Assembly (NCBI GenBank): GCA_015680685.1
Contig: MNCI01001988.1
Location: forward strand, 147,799-211,798
Direction of reading: 5' to 3'
Origin: Gnetum montanum
Taxonomy: Eukaryota > Plantae > Gnetophyta
DNA length: 64,000 nucleotides
The notes beneath the pieces are model-generated. The model was not told the origin of the DNA. It was given only the letters and a program-made list of their open reading frames with translations, and did no database searches. This document shows, one piece after another, positions 23,886 to 38,200 of the stretch. The position numbers and the translations under genes are program-made. Each line of letters starts with the position of its first letter. Position 1 is the stretch's first letter.

Positions 23886-24848
23886 TGATGAGTGACAAGG
23901 TACCCCTACACCCAGCCATATGAATCATAAAGCATTCACGCACAATCTAGTTGAATTCTATGAACTTTATTATTTCCAGTGCACTAGCCCTTTAGGAAGT
24001 GAATCTAGCCTTAAGGTCAATTGTTGTCTTCCCAATTACACTTGTGATGTTCATTGGTATGGTTAATTGTAACCGAGGCATTTTATTTTTATCATTTTTA
24101 TGTTCTTTAGTTTGATGCTTGAATTGTAGATAAAAATGATTTGATTAACTAATCTAAATTAATGAATTAACAAATAATTTAACTAATCCCAACATAAGTA
24201 TCTATTCCCACTTTCCATACATGTCCTAAACCCACATATCTACTATTGGGCGAGCAAGCACTATGCTACTAGGCATACTAAGCAATAATGCTATTGGGAT
24301 TACCAAGCAAATATGTGTTACGCTTGAAGTGGTTGTACTTATGTGTGTAATCTATCTTGCTTAATTGTCTCATTAACGTAATAACTGGGAAATATTTAAT
24401 AACTAATTGAAAACATTTAATAAATACTTAAAAAGTAGTAAATGCATTAATAAAGTAGCTAATCTATCCAAAGTGCTATAGGGTTTATTAAAAAGCTCAT
24501 CTTTATTTCCACACACACTATCATGCTCAGGTACAACAATGCTTGAATAAAGATCCATATAGTCAATAACTCCTGTTGCGGGCACTCAGAGGAAAAATTC
24601 TAGCTTTCAAATGAAAAACATGTAAGAGCTTTGCTACAACTACAATTTACTTCTACCATAAATGCAAATGCAAGCACATATTTATAACCAAAAATCAAGA
24701 AAACCAACACTACATCAATGGGAGCTCATCAACACATGGTAAGATGCATTGACTAGGCCTCGTCAATGAGGCCTAGTTGATGAGGCTGCATCTATAAGGC
24801 CTAGTTGATGAGGCTGCATCTATAAGGCCTCATCAACACAACTCATCA
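23886..24848 (-). repeat. Athila-like 3' LTR (963 bp)
   Basis: Perfect 8-bp terminal inverted repeat TGATGAGT...ACTCATCA, preceded by PPT-like GTTGTGGGGG. Contains a 28-nt tandem repeat near 24769-24830. Inverted homologue at 47087-47946. Confidence 0.8.
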
Positions 24849-25089
24849 TACCCCCACAACTAAATGAAAACTCATCCTCGAGTTCAATTACAAAATTTAG
24901 AAGGTATGGGATTATTGACTAATTTTTCTTCACACAAAACAAACTGACTAACTTGACAAAAAATGGAGTGAATGAATTAACACATTACAAAAAATAAATA
25001 TGTTTAGGATAAAAAATTTAAAACCATGATTCAACTCTTCAAAAATTAAACAACACATTCCTTGATGGTGTGAAGCTTGTTGGAGAAAA

Positions 25090-27929
25090 TCAAATGGTCC
25101 CAGGCAGTGGTGGTTCTTGAGGCTCCAAGGGACCTTCACTAACTTCATGCACTGGCAGTGGTTGAGGTGGCTACAGTTGTCTTTTTGCTACTACGACTTT
25201 AGGTGGGAGGTGAAATGCATCCAACAGTGCTTTCACTTTCTCCTCCTTACTTCTAGGAACATGCATCATCGATGGAAATTTCCTAATGTGGGTTGGAATA
25301 GGCACATCCCAAGGACACAAGATTGCTAGAAATAATTCCTTGGCATTAACAAACCAAGCAGAAAACTATTTACATTCAATGTCGAACACTCTCACTATGT
25401 TCTTTAGCTCCTAGTACTCATTCATCCATTTGGCTAGGTTCTCAGTGATAGATCATTGATCTCTAAATCATCCTTTGAGAACTTTGAGTTCAGTGTTAGC
25501 AATCTCAAGCTTTTTCTTGGTGTCCTTGTGGTGTTTGAAATTGGCCTCGTATAGTAGATACTAGCTAGCCACTTGTTTTTCTAACTCTGACCACAGTTTT
25601 TTGGTAGTTAGCATTGCCAGGTTTGCATAATAGAGATTAGCCAACTCCATGTACTTTGTCATCTCCTCAATTTACAACTCCATCAAGCAAATCTCTACTT
25701 TGTTATAGGTATCAATCCCATCAAGGAAGGGCTACCACATCTCTCTTCCTTGTTGGAGTTGCTGGAGGACTTCATTCATTTTTACCTTTACTATCTAGAT
25801 TTGTTTTTCATTCACTTCTTTTTGCAAACTGACTTGGTCCCTGTAGTGATTTTTCACTTTCTCAAATTTGAGAGCTTCCTTCTTCCAACAAGTGATCTCG
25901 ATGGTAGAAATTTTTCGTGAGGTGTGTACCTCCTCCATTGATAGATTGCAATTCTTCATGACCAATTTTCTTAATTTAGTATTTACCCTAGCAAGTTGTT
26001 CTACTATTGATGAATGAATTCTTGCATTTGATCTCTCTAAGCATCAAGATTTTTTATGGTCAATGCTTCATTCTCTTGGTGCATCTGATTCAAGTCCTTT
26101 TTGATTGAATGCACTTTAGCTTTTTCTACAGACTATTTAAAGATGGTCATCACTACATCCTCCTTAGCTTTTTGAAATCATTCTTAAAGCTATTTGATAG
26201 CTTCATCTCTTGTTACTATTGGGTTGAGGATTGCTTGTTTTGCAAGTTGGGCACAAAGTTTGGAAACCTTCATGGCTAGGCATTGATTTTGCTCTTGGGT
26301 TGTTTCTAGTTGTTCCTCCAACATAATACATCTACCCCTTGCACTTAATACCTCTGACTAGATTGTAGTGATATTCTTTGGAAGATCAAAGATGTCCGGA
26401 GTCAATTTTCTAGTTCCTACTAGTTATTCAAATAATTTTTCATGTTGAGTTGTATCTAACTTTTTGTTGATCATGACTATAGATGTCTGTACATCTTAGA
26501 GTGTAGATACATCTGGCATACATGTCTTGAGTGAATTCAGTGCTTTAGCTACACAATTAGCTACCACTTTTGCTATTGTCTCCTACCCATGATGCTACAT
26601 CACCAAGATACTTGCCTCTTCACCTTCCTCCAACCTCACTAAGAAAGTGGTAGCATTCCTAGAGATTTCTGGGAATAGATGATGTGTTGCTAATGACACC
26701 ATTACCTCTCGAGTGTTGGGATTTGACTTCGAAGGTGGGTATGTTCTTTAGGTATAGAAAATGAAACCACCTTTCTCCATCTGGCTAACTATTTGGGCCA
26801 CCTCGTTAAGGTGACTGATCGCTGACCGATACATAGATGGATCCACCCCACTCATTCCTGCTTGTTGCTCTTGTTCACTCAAGAGCTAGTCTTAAATTTT
26901 TTGCAAATGTTCAATGGTTGCCTAGGCCTCTGGTGTTGTTTCCTGAGTGGGTGGTGGTGGTAGAAACTCCTCTTCTTGGATTGTCATTAGCATTTTATCC
27001 TTCATGATTTCTACCGATGAAGCCAAAGGAACATGCCTGAGAGTGCCGTTAGAGTAGTGAACAATGCTTGTCTTTTTGCAAAGTTTTCTAATGAGGCATG
27101 GAAAGGGTAGGGTCTTCCTTCCACATTCATTTTCTTTGAAACATTTTTCAATCTCTAAGTAGAGTAGTTATGAAAGGTTAACAGGGAACTTCCCACTTAG
27201 AGCAGTGCATGCTCAGGTGAAGAAAGTAGTCATCTTTGCCCTCATCATTGGATTGAGGTGATAGGTTGCAATCTTGAAATAAATCCACTTTGCCAGTGTG
27301 AGTGCACCATATTCCTTACGATCCACCCTATAACATTGCTAGGTCCACTCCCTCTTGGCCTTAGGATCACCTTCTATAGATAGTTCAACCTATTATGTTC
27401 CTATGTCAGGTAACCTAAGTGCCTATGCAATGCCATCTACTAAGTAGGACACTTGAATGTCCTTGATCTTGACAATGGACCTTGGGCTTCAACTACTCTA
27501 GAAGAGATAGGTCTCTCCCATGTACCATTTTCCACTAGACGTGATGGTTGGCCACATGGGAGAGGTCTATAGTTGTGTCTTAACATCCTTTGGGGCTTTC
27601 TCCAAAAATGGCTTGAAGTTGATCTCTTGAAGAACTAATCTTTGAATAACTTAGGACCAAATGATGTCTAGGTAGGCATTAGTCAACGTAACCTCAAGCC
27701 TTGGTGCAAGTCTAGGCACTTCTCCTCTTTATGATTGTTTGGTTGGCAGTTCTTCCTCTAGAATCTGTTTGATAGATTTCACTTCGGGCTCCTCCCAAAG
27801 AGGTCCCATTACATGGGTCACCTCTATTAGTTCTTGGCCTTGTTCTTGCTAGCCCCTTCCAACTTTGGATCATTTCTCCCATGGGTGTGAGGGTTCTCCT
27901 TCCTACAGAAATTTTTGTTTGGGTGCCAT
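25090..27929 (-). pseudogene. Athila-type extra (env-like / plant transposon protein) ORF with a long coiled-coil tail, decayed
   Basis: Frame starts MAPKQK and contains ALRLPD and TLPFPCLIRKLC, motifs typical of Athila extra ORFs. Lies just upstream of PPT and LTR; many stops. Confidence 0.65.
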
Positions 27930-28457
27930 CTATAATCATAATAAGACCATGGATTAACAATTATTGTGTAACCTTAAAAGAATTGGGATACCTTAACTCT
28001 TGAGGATTGTTACACTTGGCTATGTTGTGATTATGGCTAGTTTAATTAACCCAATTATTATTTATTTTATGTGTTATTATGAATAATTCATCCTAAAGGT
28101 TGTTGGAAGGGTTAACTTATGAAAAAGTTGATATTTATATATTATTAAGGTTATCAACCCTTGGGGAAGTTAGGAAAATTTCCAAAAAATTTCATCAATT
28201 TTTCATTAGAAACCTTGAGGTTTGTGACCCCCATGATAAAGATCTTACCTCTAGTAAGCATAGGATCAGAAAATAGAGTGATTTGGACAAATGGTTGGAC
28301 AGTTATGAGCTTTCGAAGGTTTTGGGCTCTCAAAAATTACAAAAATTTCCCATGTGTTATGAGAAATTTGTAAAAAATTCCAAAGTATATCATGGTATAT
28401 ATAGGATCTAAGCACTATGTTGACAAGGCCTAGTTGATGAGGCTTCATTGATGTGGT

Positions 28458-29285
28458 TGGCTAAAATGAAGGTTGATGCTGAGTTCTGGGAGCTTCTAGA
28501 GGCTTTCAGAGGCATTTTCCATGTGTCATGCTATCTATGTTGCACAACGTAGTAGATTGTAGCATGAACACTTAGTATTTTTTTGTAGATTTGACTTGTC
28601 ATGCTATCTACACTGCATAGTGTAGTAGAGCATAGCACAAGTACTTCATCAAATTTTGATGAAACTTGTAATGTTTCTCCATGGCATGCTGACCACACTT
28701 TGGGGTGTAGCAGGGCAAGTAGCCTTAGAATTTAAAAAATCATAAAATTCATCTTCCATGTCTAGATAGCTTGAAAAATCCTTTTCCAACACTTAGAAAA
28801 ATTTTTGTCTTATAACCTATGTCAAGATTTCTACATTGTGCAGCATAGCAGAGCATGACAGCTTGCAAGATAGACAATTTACCAAATTGTTTCTTCCATC
28901 CTAAGCACTTTTAAAAAACTCTAGCCTAGTACTTGGGTGGACTAGCAACTAGGACATGTGTCAAGCTAGGCAAGTTGGAGAGCATAGTGAGCTTAACAAT
29001 CTGGAAGATAGAAAATTTACTGAATTGTTTGGTTCATCCCAAGTGAACCTTGACTGCTTCTAGCTTGATATTTGTGCAGACTGGCCATGGAACTATGTGC
29101 TATGCTATTTATGTTGAGGAGTGGAGTAGGAAAACTTAGAAAATTTTTGTAAAAATCAAGACTTCAAGTGTTCTACGCTATCTACACTGCATAGTGTGAC
29201 ACTAGACTTAGAAATATTTTTCCCAAGTTTTGACACAGAAAAATCTGCCATTGAACTGCAGGAGCCTGAAATTGGTGGTATTTCA
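28458..29285 (-). repeat. Truncated 3' LTR of A2
   Basis: Matches about 45905-46725. PPT AAAGAGGG and the stem-loop lie at 29286-29339. Confidence 0.9.
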
Positions 29286-30859
29286 TTGGTCCCTCTTTGT
29301 TGATGTTTGGAGGATTGACCTAAGAGACGTCAACAAAGAATAAAAAATACCTAAATGAACATGACACTAACACCATTTGTTAGTGCCCACTTGGACAACA
29401 CTTCACTATGCTTGAGATTGCTAAGAGAATGAGGTGTGGTAGAGGAATAATTTAGAGAGATGGGCCAAGGGACACTGGATGGAGAAGAAAACTATGGGAT
29501 GCAATGTCATGATGGATTATCACCATAGTATGTTCCCTCATCAAAGTGCTTGTAAGGGAGTGAGCATGCGGAGGTGGCCTACCCTTTAGATTTTGACCTC
29601 TTGTTAGAGTGCTTGTAAGATGGTTAATCTAGGCTGGACCAGTTGTAAGATGGAAACTATGCCATTTGACTTGGTCACTTGGCTTGTTCCATTTTCTTTT
29701 CTTCTTTTTCTTCTTCCTTCTTTTTATATATTTTTCTTCTTTTTTTTTTTGCTTTTTTTCACTTTTTTTTTTCACTTTTGCTTCCTTTTGTGTTCTGAAG
29801 TGAACTGTGCACCAACATTTGCTTAGAGGCAACTATATCGCATTTGTAGGATAGGTGTTTCCTCCCTAGGATGAGTTGTGTTACATCTGTTTGGAGCTTT
29901 GACTAGCTCACAAAGGCTCCCCATGGGATGAGTTCCGTTACATCTATCATCTGTTCAGTAGCTAACTGCAGGAAAGGTTGCATGTGCATTGGAAAAGCTT
30001 GCAAGGGATGTGGGAGATAGCAAGATCAAGAAGTAGAGGATAGTTTAGCTAAGGGGATCATAGGGACATGCACTCTTAAGTAGCTAGGCAAGCCAAAGCA
30101 GATACATCAGTACAATATGGTACCTTACCACCATGATGAAATGCACCCTTAAACGATGCCACCAAGGCTTCATCCTACAAACGCAACATAGAGAAATTAA
30201 GAAAAATAACCACCACATGAGATGAGTAAAAAGTCCTATTTTCCAAGGGCATTATGAGGGTTTCAAGTGCTACATCAGCTGCATGCAATGTCCAAAGCAG
30301 GAAGGCTAGTGTAGGTGTTAGCGGTGGTAGGCTGGCAAGCTCCAATAGCCACACTAGAAGTGAGCACTCAAGTGGCTAGAGGTGATGGTGATGCAAGTGC
30401 TCAAAAGTTCTCACCAAAGATAGGAGCAAGGAAACCCAGCAACATGGTAGAGAATCGCACTACTATACATTCTTCCAAGCTCAGGTGATGGTGAGGGTCA
30501 AAGGATGGAAATGTTGTGGCGGGGCCACAGTACTATTGGGACTCCAACAAGTCTTGCTAACAGTGAGAACTACAACTAGAATGGTTGGCTGTGGTAATGG
30601 TAGCTTCAAAAGTTTAGTAAGATGCCAAATGACATCTCCAAAAGATCAACAAGATGTTGGGGATGATGACATTGCAAATGTCCTAGAGGGTTTTTCCTTG
30701 ATAACGTGAACTTCATTCTAGAACTACAAAATCCAACCCCATCTTGCTTGAGAAGTGTGGGTAGGTGATAGAGGATTGGAAGCATTGTCACTTGCTTGTT
30801 TACAGAACTATGTGTGTTAAACTGTAGGTGTTGAACTGCAAACCCAATTTTACATCTTG

Positions 30860-31150
30860 GTAGACTACATGTTGTGCTAGTTTAAAGTCCTAGTAGACTG
30901 TGATCCTAGTTTAAGGTTTGGATAGGTCATGATGTGCTAGTTTGAGTCCTAGTAGACCACTATGCTAGTTTAACATTGTAGCAGATAGTGGATGGCCAAT
31001 TTAAGGTCATAGCGGACCATGCTATGGATGCCAGTTTAATGTCATAGCCCAAGGAAGTTCTGTGTCAATTTAATATCATAGCAGACATCTATGCCAGTTT
31101 AATGTCATAGCAAATGTCTGTGCCAATTTAACATCATAGAAGATGTCTAC
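30860..31150 (-). repeat. Tandem motif array downstream of A2 integrase
   Basis: About 9 units of GCTAGTTTAAGGTCATAGC-type sequence. Confidence 0.85.
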
Positions 31151-31185
31151 TTATCTTGCTCCTATCATTGGTGCCATACTACATA

Positions 31186-34100
31186 TTATGTGTAGTATGA
31201 CTTTAGGTATGAGTGGTTAATAGGATTGGCAAATTCATTACCATCTAGATCAGCAAGATTGAAGGCTCCATTGTCATATGCCTTAGTGACCAAGAAAGGC
31301 CCTTCCTGGTTGATTGAGAATTTATCTTTGGGCTCGCAGATGACCTTGAGGACCAAGCCCCCTTTCTTAATTAGGTGTTGATGCTGATTGTGATGGTGCT
31401 TTTGCTATTGCTTCTCTTGGTACCACTTGATACGATCAAGTGTTTGCATGCACTACTCCTCTATAGAGTTGAGGTCGATGGTTCTCAACTCATTATTCTG
31501 AAACTCATCAATGAAGCTCAAGAAGATCATGCGGAGTGATTGGACCTGCAATTCAAGAGGCAACATTGCTTTAGATCCATACACAAGACTATATGACATT
31601 TTACCTATCATGGTTCTACATGTCGTGTGGTAGGCCCATAGTGCATAGACTAGTTGTTCATGCCATCATTGCTTGCTATTATTAAGCATCATCTTCAAAA
31701 GGTTTATAATGACCTTGTTTGTAGCCTCCACTTGACTATTCACCTATGGGTAGTATGGTGATGAGAAGGAGTGTTTGATGCTAAGGTTTTCACATAAGGC
31801 TTTTGGTTTTGCATTACTAAATTGTGGCCCATTGTTTGTGAATATAGTCATGGGGAGACCAAATCGGGTCCCTATGTTATCAAGAATGAATTTGAAAACT
31901 TGCTGCGATGTGGTCTTCCTAAGGGGAATGGCTTCAAACCACTTTGTGAAATATTAAATTTTGGTAATGATAAAGCTATCTCTTGTGGAAGACTTAGGCA
32001 TTATAGGCCTTGTGATGTCCAACCCCCAACGTTGGAATGGCCATGTGATATATGTGGTATGAAGTTTAGTGGGTGGCACATGCATTAGGTTCCCATGTCA
32101 TTGATACACATTACATGTCTTGACCTTGGAGATGTAATCGTGCTCCATGTAAGGCCAATAATAACCTAGATTTTTGATTTTTGCTACCATTTCCCTAGGA
32201 GCTATATGACCCCCACATAGTCCTTCATGGACTTGGTTGACAATCTTTTATGCTTCACTATTGCTATTGCAAGTTAAAAATATTTGGTCATAGGATTTAC
32301 AACATAAGGTATTATCACCTACAAGGACATACTGCCATGATCATTTTCGTATTGCATCCTTTTGGGTAGATGTTAGATTTTGTGAGGGATCTCCTTGTTG
32401 GAGGTATGAATTAATATCATCATATCACTCTTGGGCATGAGCTATACTTATGGATGCAATGCTTGTTGTGTCAGTTATAGGTTCAATGCAATCTGCTATT
32501 GAAGTAGGCAAAGTAGAGAACATGTTTGGTGCTATGCTTAAGGCTAAAGTAGCTAGTGCATCAACTATGGCATTTTCATTATGGGGTATATGTTGAACAT
32601 CTATGGTTGCAAATTGTTTAAGTAAGTGCTTTTCCAAATCACAGTAAGGTTGTAGATGTTGTGCCTTACAAGCATAAACCTCTGTGACTTGGTTAATAAC
32701 TAGCTACGAATTCCCTTGAATTGTTATGTCATGGATTCCTAACTCTTGATCTACTAAGATTCCTCTAAGGAGACCTTCGTACTTCACCATGTTGTTTGTA
32801 CAAGGAAATGAAAAGTGGTATGTGAAGGATTGGATCTCCTTGAAGGGGAACATGATAATGGTAGTAGCACTACCACTTTGTGTGGTTGAAGCACCATCAA
32901 AGTGTAAGATAGCCTCAAAATTTGTAGGTACTTGGCTTTTACTATTAACATGCTGATTCGAGAATTCTGGATCTATAATTGCCTGATTGTCTATGGGTGA
33001 AGCTATAAGTTGTGCAGCTGTTGCTAGACCTTTTGTAGATTCCTACGCTATGTAGTGTAGGTCAAACTCCACGATTATTACCTTCCACCTTTCTATTCTA
33101 CTACTTTCATATATGTTTGTTGTAATAGCCATAAGTATGTTGCTCTTGTAGATGACATTGACTTGGCTGTGAAAAAGATAGTGTCTCCACTTTTTAAGTG
33201 CAAAGAATAATGCAAGATAGTTCTTCTTCACATCATTATATTTCACCTTGTGTGCTACTAGCACATGGCTTAGGTAGTAAACAGGAACCTCGGAGCCATC
33301 ATCTCACTTTTGGCAAAGCAGAGAAGTAATGGACATGTCTGAGGTTGCAAGGTAAATGTAGAAAGGTTTATCTCCTTATGGAGGGTAAACTATTGGAAGT
33401 TGAGCCAACTCCTTTTTTAGGTTGTCAAATGCCTCTTGGCATTGAGCTATCCACTCAAATTTGATCCCCTTTTTCAGTAGATATTGCATTGGCTACAACC
33501 TATCAGTCAACCTTGTGATAAACATACATATGAATTATAGCCTACCTTGTAACCCACATAACTCCTTAAGGTTTTTTGGTGGTGCTAAGTTGGTGATAGC
33601 CTTAACCTTGTTAGGGTCTATGCATATTCTTGCTTCTAATACCACAAAGCCTAACATGCAACTAGTTTTGATGCCAAATACATGCTTTTTGGGATTAAGC
33701 CTAAGTTCATGTCTAAGGCAATGTTTGAGGACATGGTCCAAGTCATTTGTGTGGTCATGAGCAACTTTGGACATAACTACTATGTCGTCAACATAATCAT
33801 TAAGCAAGTCTAATAAATAGTCGCTAAAGATGTATGTCATTGCACATTAAAATGCTGGTCTTGCGTTCTTTAGCCCAAAGGACATCATTGTATAAAAAAA
33901 TGTACCCTAGGGGGTCATTAAAGTAGTGCTAAGTAGTGCTTTGGGTTGATGCGAATTTGGTTGTACCTCGAGAACTCGTCCATGAATGAAAACAAGGCAT
34001 GACCAGCTGTAGTATCAATGAGTTGGTCAATACTAGGTAATGAGAAATCATCTTTAATGGTTTTCTTGTTTAGGTCCTGAAAGTTTATGCAAATTCTTAT

Positions 34101-34666
34101 ACTTCTATTTTTCTTGGGAACAACTACAATGTTTGAGACCTAGTTGGCATAGTCAACTACTTGGATGAAACCAGCTTTATTTAGTCATTTCATCACGAAT
34201 GGCCAATGTGACCTCAAGCTTGACTTTTTGAGCTTTTTGCTTAATTGGCTTAACATGAGGATCTAGGATGATGTTGTGTTATATCATACAGTTGTCTAAG
34301 CTTGGCATGTCCTCATAGGAGCATGCAAATACCCTGACATTGTCACTAAGGACTTTAGATATGCTTTGTTGGATTTGAGGCTCTAACAAGGAACTAAATT
34401 TCAATGTTTTCGCCTCATCTTTGCATATTGTCACAAGGACTTCTATGAGGGGATCCTTAGTCACATCACTTGCTTCTAAGTCTAGAGATTGAACTAGATG
34501 TTCTAGCCAATCTAGAAATGTCTCTAGGGATGCTATGTTAGTATCATAGGTTAGCAGTTCAAAGTCCAAAAGTTTTGTGTTTATGCATCTCATGAGTTTA
34601 CCATAAGGTCCAGTCAAGACTAAAGATGAATAAAGACTCTTGTATGCATTCATTTTTAAAGAGATC
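31186..34666 (-). pseudogene. pol: Degenerate pol (RT-RH-aRH-INT) of A2
   Basis: ORFs 34279..34692, 33535..33840 (YVDD), 33043..33264 and 32425..32637 are collinear with A1 pol. Confidence 0.95.
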
Positions 34667-35144
34667 CTACAAAATAACCAAAAAAATGTCAAGTGGTACC
34701 TATTTTTATAAAGAAAAATGCATAGAATAAGGAAGACAATGATATGAAAACCTAATTAACTATGAAATATGTAAAATGATTTGTGTGTGTGTGTGTGTAT
34801 ATATATATTATTTTTTTGTTCTTTTCTATAGGCTTGATTGGCCATAAAATTTCTAGTTTAAGATCATAGCAGACCATAGACTATGCATGGGGTGTAAGTC
34901 TAAGCAAATATTGAAAGGTTTGCAACGTGGGACTAAGTTGAACATTTATCGAGCAAGCTAAAAAAATGTAAAATAATTTTTAAGTGTAGAAAGCTAAAAA
35001 AGTTAGAAAATTTTTCTAACTCTAGGTGTTACACTACGTAGGACATAGGATGTTTTGTGTGACATGCGAGACATGGAGAATCCCATATTACATGTGGGAC
35101 ACCGAATGTCCCAGGATGGTGACGTGTAATTTGATCTTGAAGGG

Positions 35145-35152
35145 TATAAATA
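35145..35152 (+). promoter_or_regulatory. TATA box of the A2 antisense gene
   Basis: GTATAAATAGAGG, 150 nt upstream of the ATG at 35295; positionally conserved with A1. Confidence 0.6.
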
Positions 35153-35294
35153 GAGGTTTCATCCATGGTAAACCTATCATTTTCACTGTTAGAGCCAATA
35201 TTCATATGAGTGTAGTGTAGGCAAGGTTGAGCATAGCAACTAGAGAGGAAAGTTAGAGCATGACAACATGCAAGATAGAGCATCGCAATTGAAG

Positions 35295-38200
35295 ATGACA
35301 TGTAGGAGAAAATGTAGACACCCTAGCCTCACCAACGTTGATGAAGGTGAGCATCCCCTGTGGCGTCTTCCCAGGGCACATGTTGAGGAATGCTGAGAGA
35401 CACCATTTACCAGGTAGGTCATCATCCTCCACTCATGATTTTTATTCCTTCCTAATTCCTATGCATTTTTGGGCCTTTTGGAATTTGGGTGTCCAGAAGG
35501 TGGCCTGCTGTGGGCAGGGACTGCTACCACCATCGTTGCCATGTCCACCTTGCTACTACCAGGGATGGAGTGTGAACAATGTATCTCTTCTCTTTCTTTT
35601 GCCCCATTTTTTGTTTTGGTGTCAAGAATTTGTGGGCATCTTGTACTACAATGCTAAGCAAGGGTTTTGGCAAAGGTTTCTGCACATCCAATGCCATGGG
35701 ATGGGACAAGATTTTCTATAACATTTTGTGTCACAGGATAGAATGGGGGTTTTACATGTACCGCAAGCATAGTACATCTTGAGAGTTTGGGCACTCTACA
35801 TCCCAGGTTGTGGAACAAGCATTTACTACATTTCCTATGCTACGGGATGGGACAAGGTTTTCTACGATGTCTCATGCCACAGGATAGGATAGGGGTTTCA
35901 CAAGAATCCTATGCCACAACATGGGATGAGGTTTTTTGGTGTCCTACAGCATGGGATAAGACTTAACCAAGGTGGTTAGGGGTCATGTCTGTTAAGCTCT
36001 AGGCATCCCTGAAAGCATGACAAGTAGTAAAATATTGGTGTTTCCATGTTCTTCACTTAGAAAATTCTGCATGTTTTGCAGTTTCCATGCTCCTTGGCAG
36101 CATGACCAACACTTGGAATTTTTTTTTGCACCTTTGTTGTTAGTAATTTTGTAGTTGTCATGCTCCCTGGTAACATGATTGACACATAGAAATTTTTTTT
36201 AAAATTTTTTCTAGTTTTTCAATAGTTGTCACACTCCTTGGGAGCATGGCAAACACTTACAAAAAATTTTGGTTGAAAAGTGTCACACTCTATGGGGAGT
36301 GTGACCAATAGTTAGAAAATTTTTGAGTTTCCAACTATCATGCTTAGTAGTGAGCATGACCAATAGTTAGAAACTTTTTGATATTTTGTTTAATATTATG
36401 ACATTAGAAAAAGTGTAAGTGTTGGTGTTGTGCCCTACTTGGGAACCAGGCATGTTAGATGGTGGTGCCAATGTCCTTTCCCATGGGGCTTGGGACAAAG
36501 TTAGTTATGTTGCACATGATAAATTTTATTTTTCTTTTATATTATTTTATGCATCATTTGTCTATTACTTTTTGGTTTTTTTTATTACCTTTTTGTAATA
36601 CTAATGCATTCATTACTATGGCTTGCTAAAACCTACTCTCATCGTAGTTGAACTAGTGGGGATCTTGTGTTTTATAAGTGATTGCATACCAAATGTTTTT
36701 GCACCACATGTGTGCATAGGATACTAGACACTCTAGTATTGGGAGGGTGCACAGGAATTTTTAGAATTCCTACTCCACCACTTCAGTCTAATCATATGAT
36801 CACACTTGTCAACCAAAGCAGCAGGCATCATAGTTGAGACATTATTGCCTAGGGTAAATTGAGGCATCTTGAAATTCATGTCAGATGAACCTACTAATTG
36901 TGAATGGGTAGGGAGCTTGAGCCAATGACCAAAAGGCCTTAGGCTCTTATCTTGGATCTAGGAGATGCCTAAGTTCTAGTGCTACCATAAATACGACATT
37001 GTATTCCTTACCCATCATGTGCACACAACCTTCTAGAATCAACTTGGGATGGTTTACTATATTGGAAGGTGAGTCCTATTGTGATTTTTTTGACACTACC
37101 TATTGTCTCATGACTTAAGATGCTCATTGCTTTTTTTTCCTATTGCTAGATTTTTTGTTGATGCAAATGGCCTCCACAATGGAAAGGGGATATTAGCCCT
37201 GGTCCAAACAACCCTATAGGAGTTCTCATCCATTGAGAACATGTGTGCTAGAGTTATAGGAAAAATTGGAGTAGATATGGAAAATTACCCTAGTAGGTAT
37301 TCCAAATCCTATGTGAAGTGTCGGGATCTCGGTTGGTTGGATGTTGAGTGGGCATTCAGGATACCAAGTGTAGAGGAGGTTTCGTACCCACTACCACCAT
37401 TTTGCATAGTGTTTGAGCCATGTAAGTTGTATCACCCATTTTCTTTCATGCACTTTTAATTTTATATTTTCATCATGTTGCTAATTCTACTTATGTTTAT
37501 TGCAGCTATAGCTAAGTCTAGGGAGGTCATAGTAGTTGTCTTAGGCACACTAAGGAAAACCTCCTCTTCAAGTATGATGAGGTTGACAGTTCATAGCGTT
37601 GGTTGTGCCATGAGGCTCTAGCAAGGGTAAACCAAAATATTTAGTGGGCTAGGCTCATGAACCTTTTCTTGGCCATGAACCCAAACATCCTTATAGTGAA
37701 GATGATTGCCCTAGTCGACTCTTTCATCAAGAGTGCTAATCGTTTCTGCACACAAGTTAACAATGTGTGAGTGGCCTTTGAGATCATGGATGATCTTTGA
37801 ATCTCTTTGGCATCCCCTCTAAAGATCTATCGGTAGGTGAGAATACTAATAAGGAGCTAAACCATAGAGGGGACATTGAAGAATGAATATGCACTGAGAA
37901 AAATTGCAAGGGTATACCCATAAAGCAAGTGAAATTGTTGGTGGCCCAACACCTCTATCCCAGCTTTCGAGCTTGTGCATTTTCTAAGCTACTTTCTCAA
38001 GGAAAGGTCCTTAGAGTGGAGTAGGCTTGGGTAATGAGAGACATAATAGAGGAAGGGACACAATATAATTGGGCCAAAGACCTTTTCAATGACCTACAAG
38101 CTAAAATTATCAAATTACATGGAAACCTCAAGGCATGATCATAGGACCCCCTAGAGGCTATTGGTGAGTCATTTTCAGTGACCATTAAGGACCATGCAGG

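Noticed and set aside
29620-29832. Hydrophobic and Lys-rich short ORFs
   Set aside because: Artefacts of a poly-T/pyrimidine tract. The same applies to many Phe/Ile-rich ORFs such as 20184..20453 and 59308..59550.
34782-34807. (TG)n(TA)n microsatellite, and TATCACTTA repeats near 49470-49545
   Set aside because: Ordinary simple repeats.
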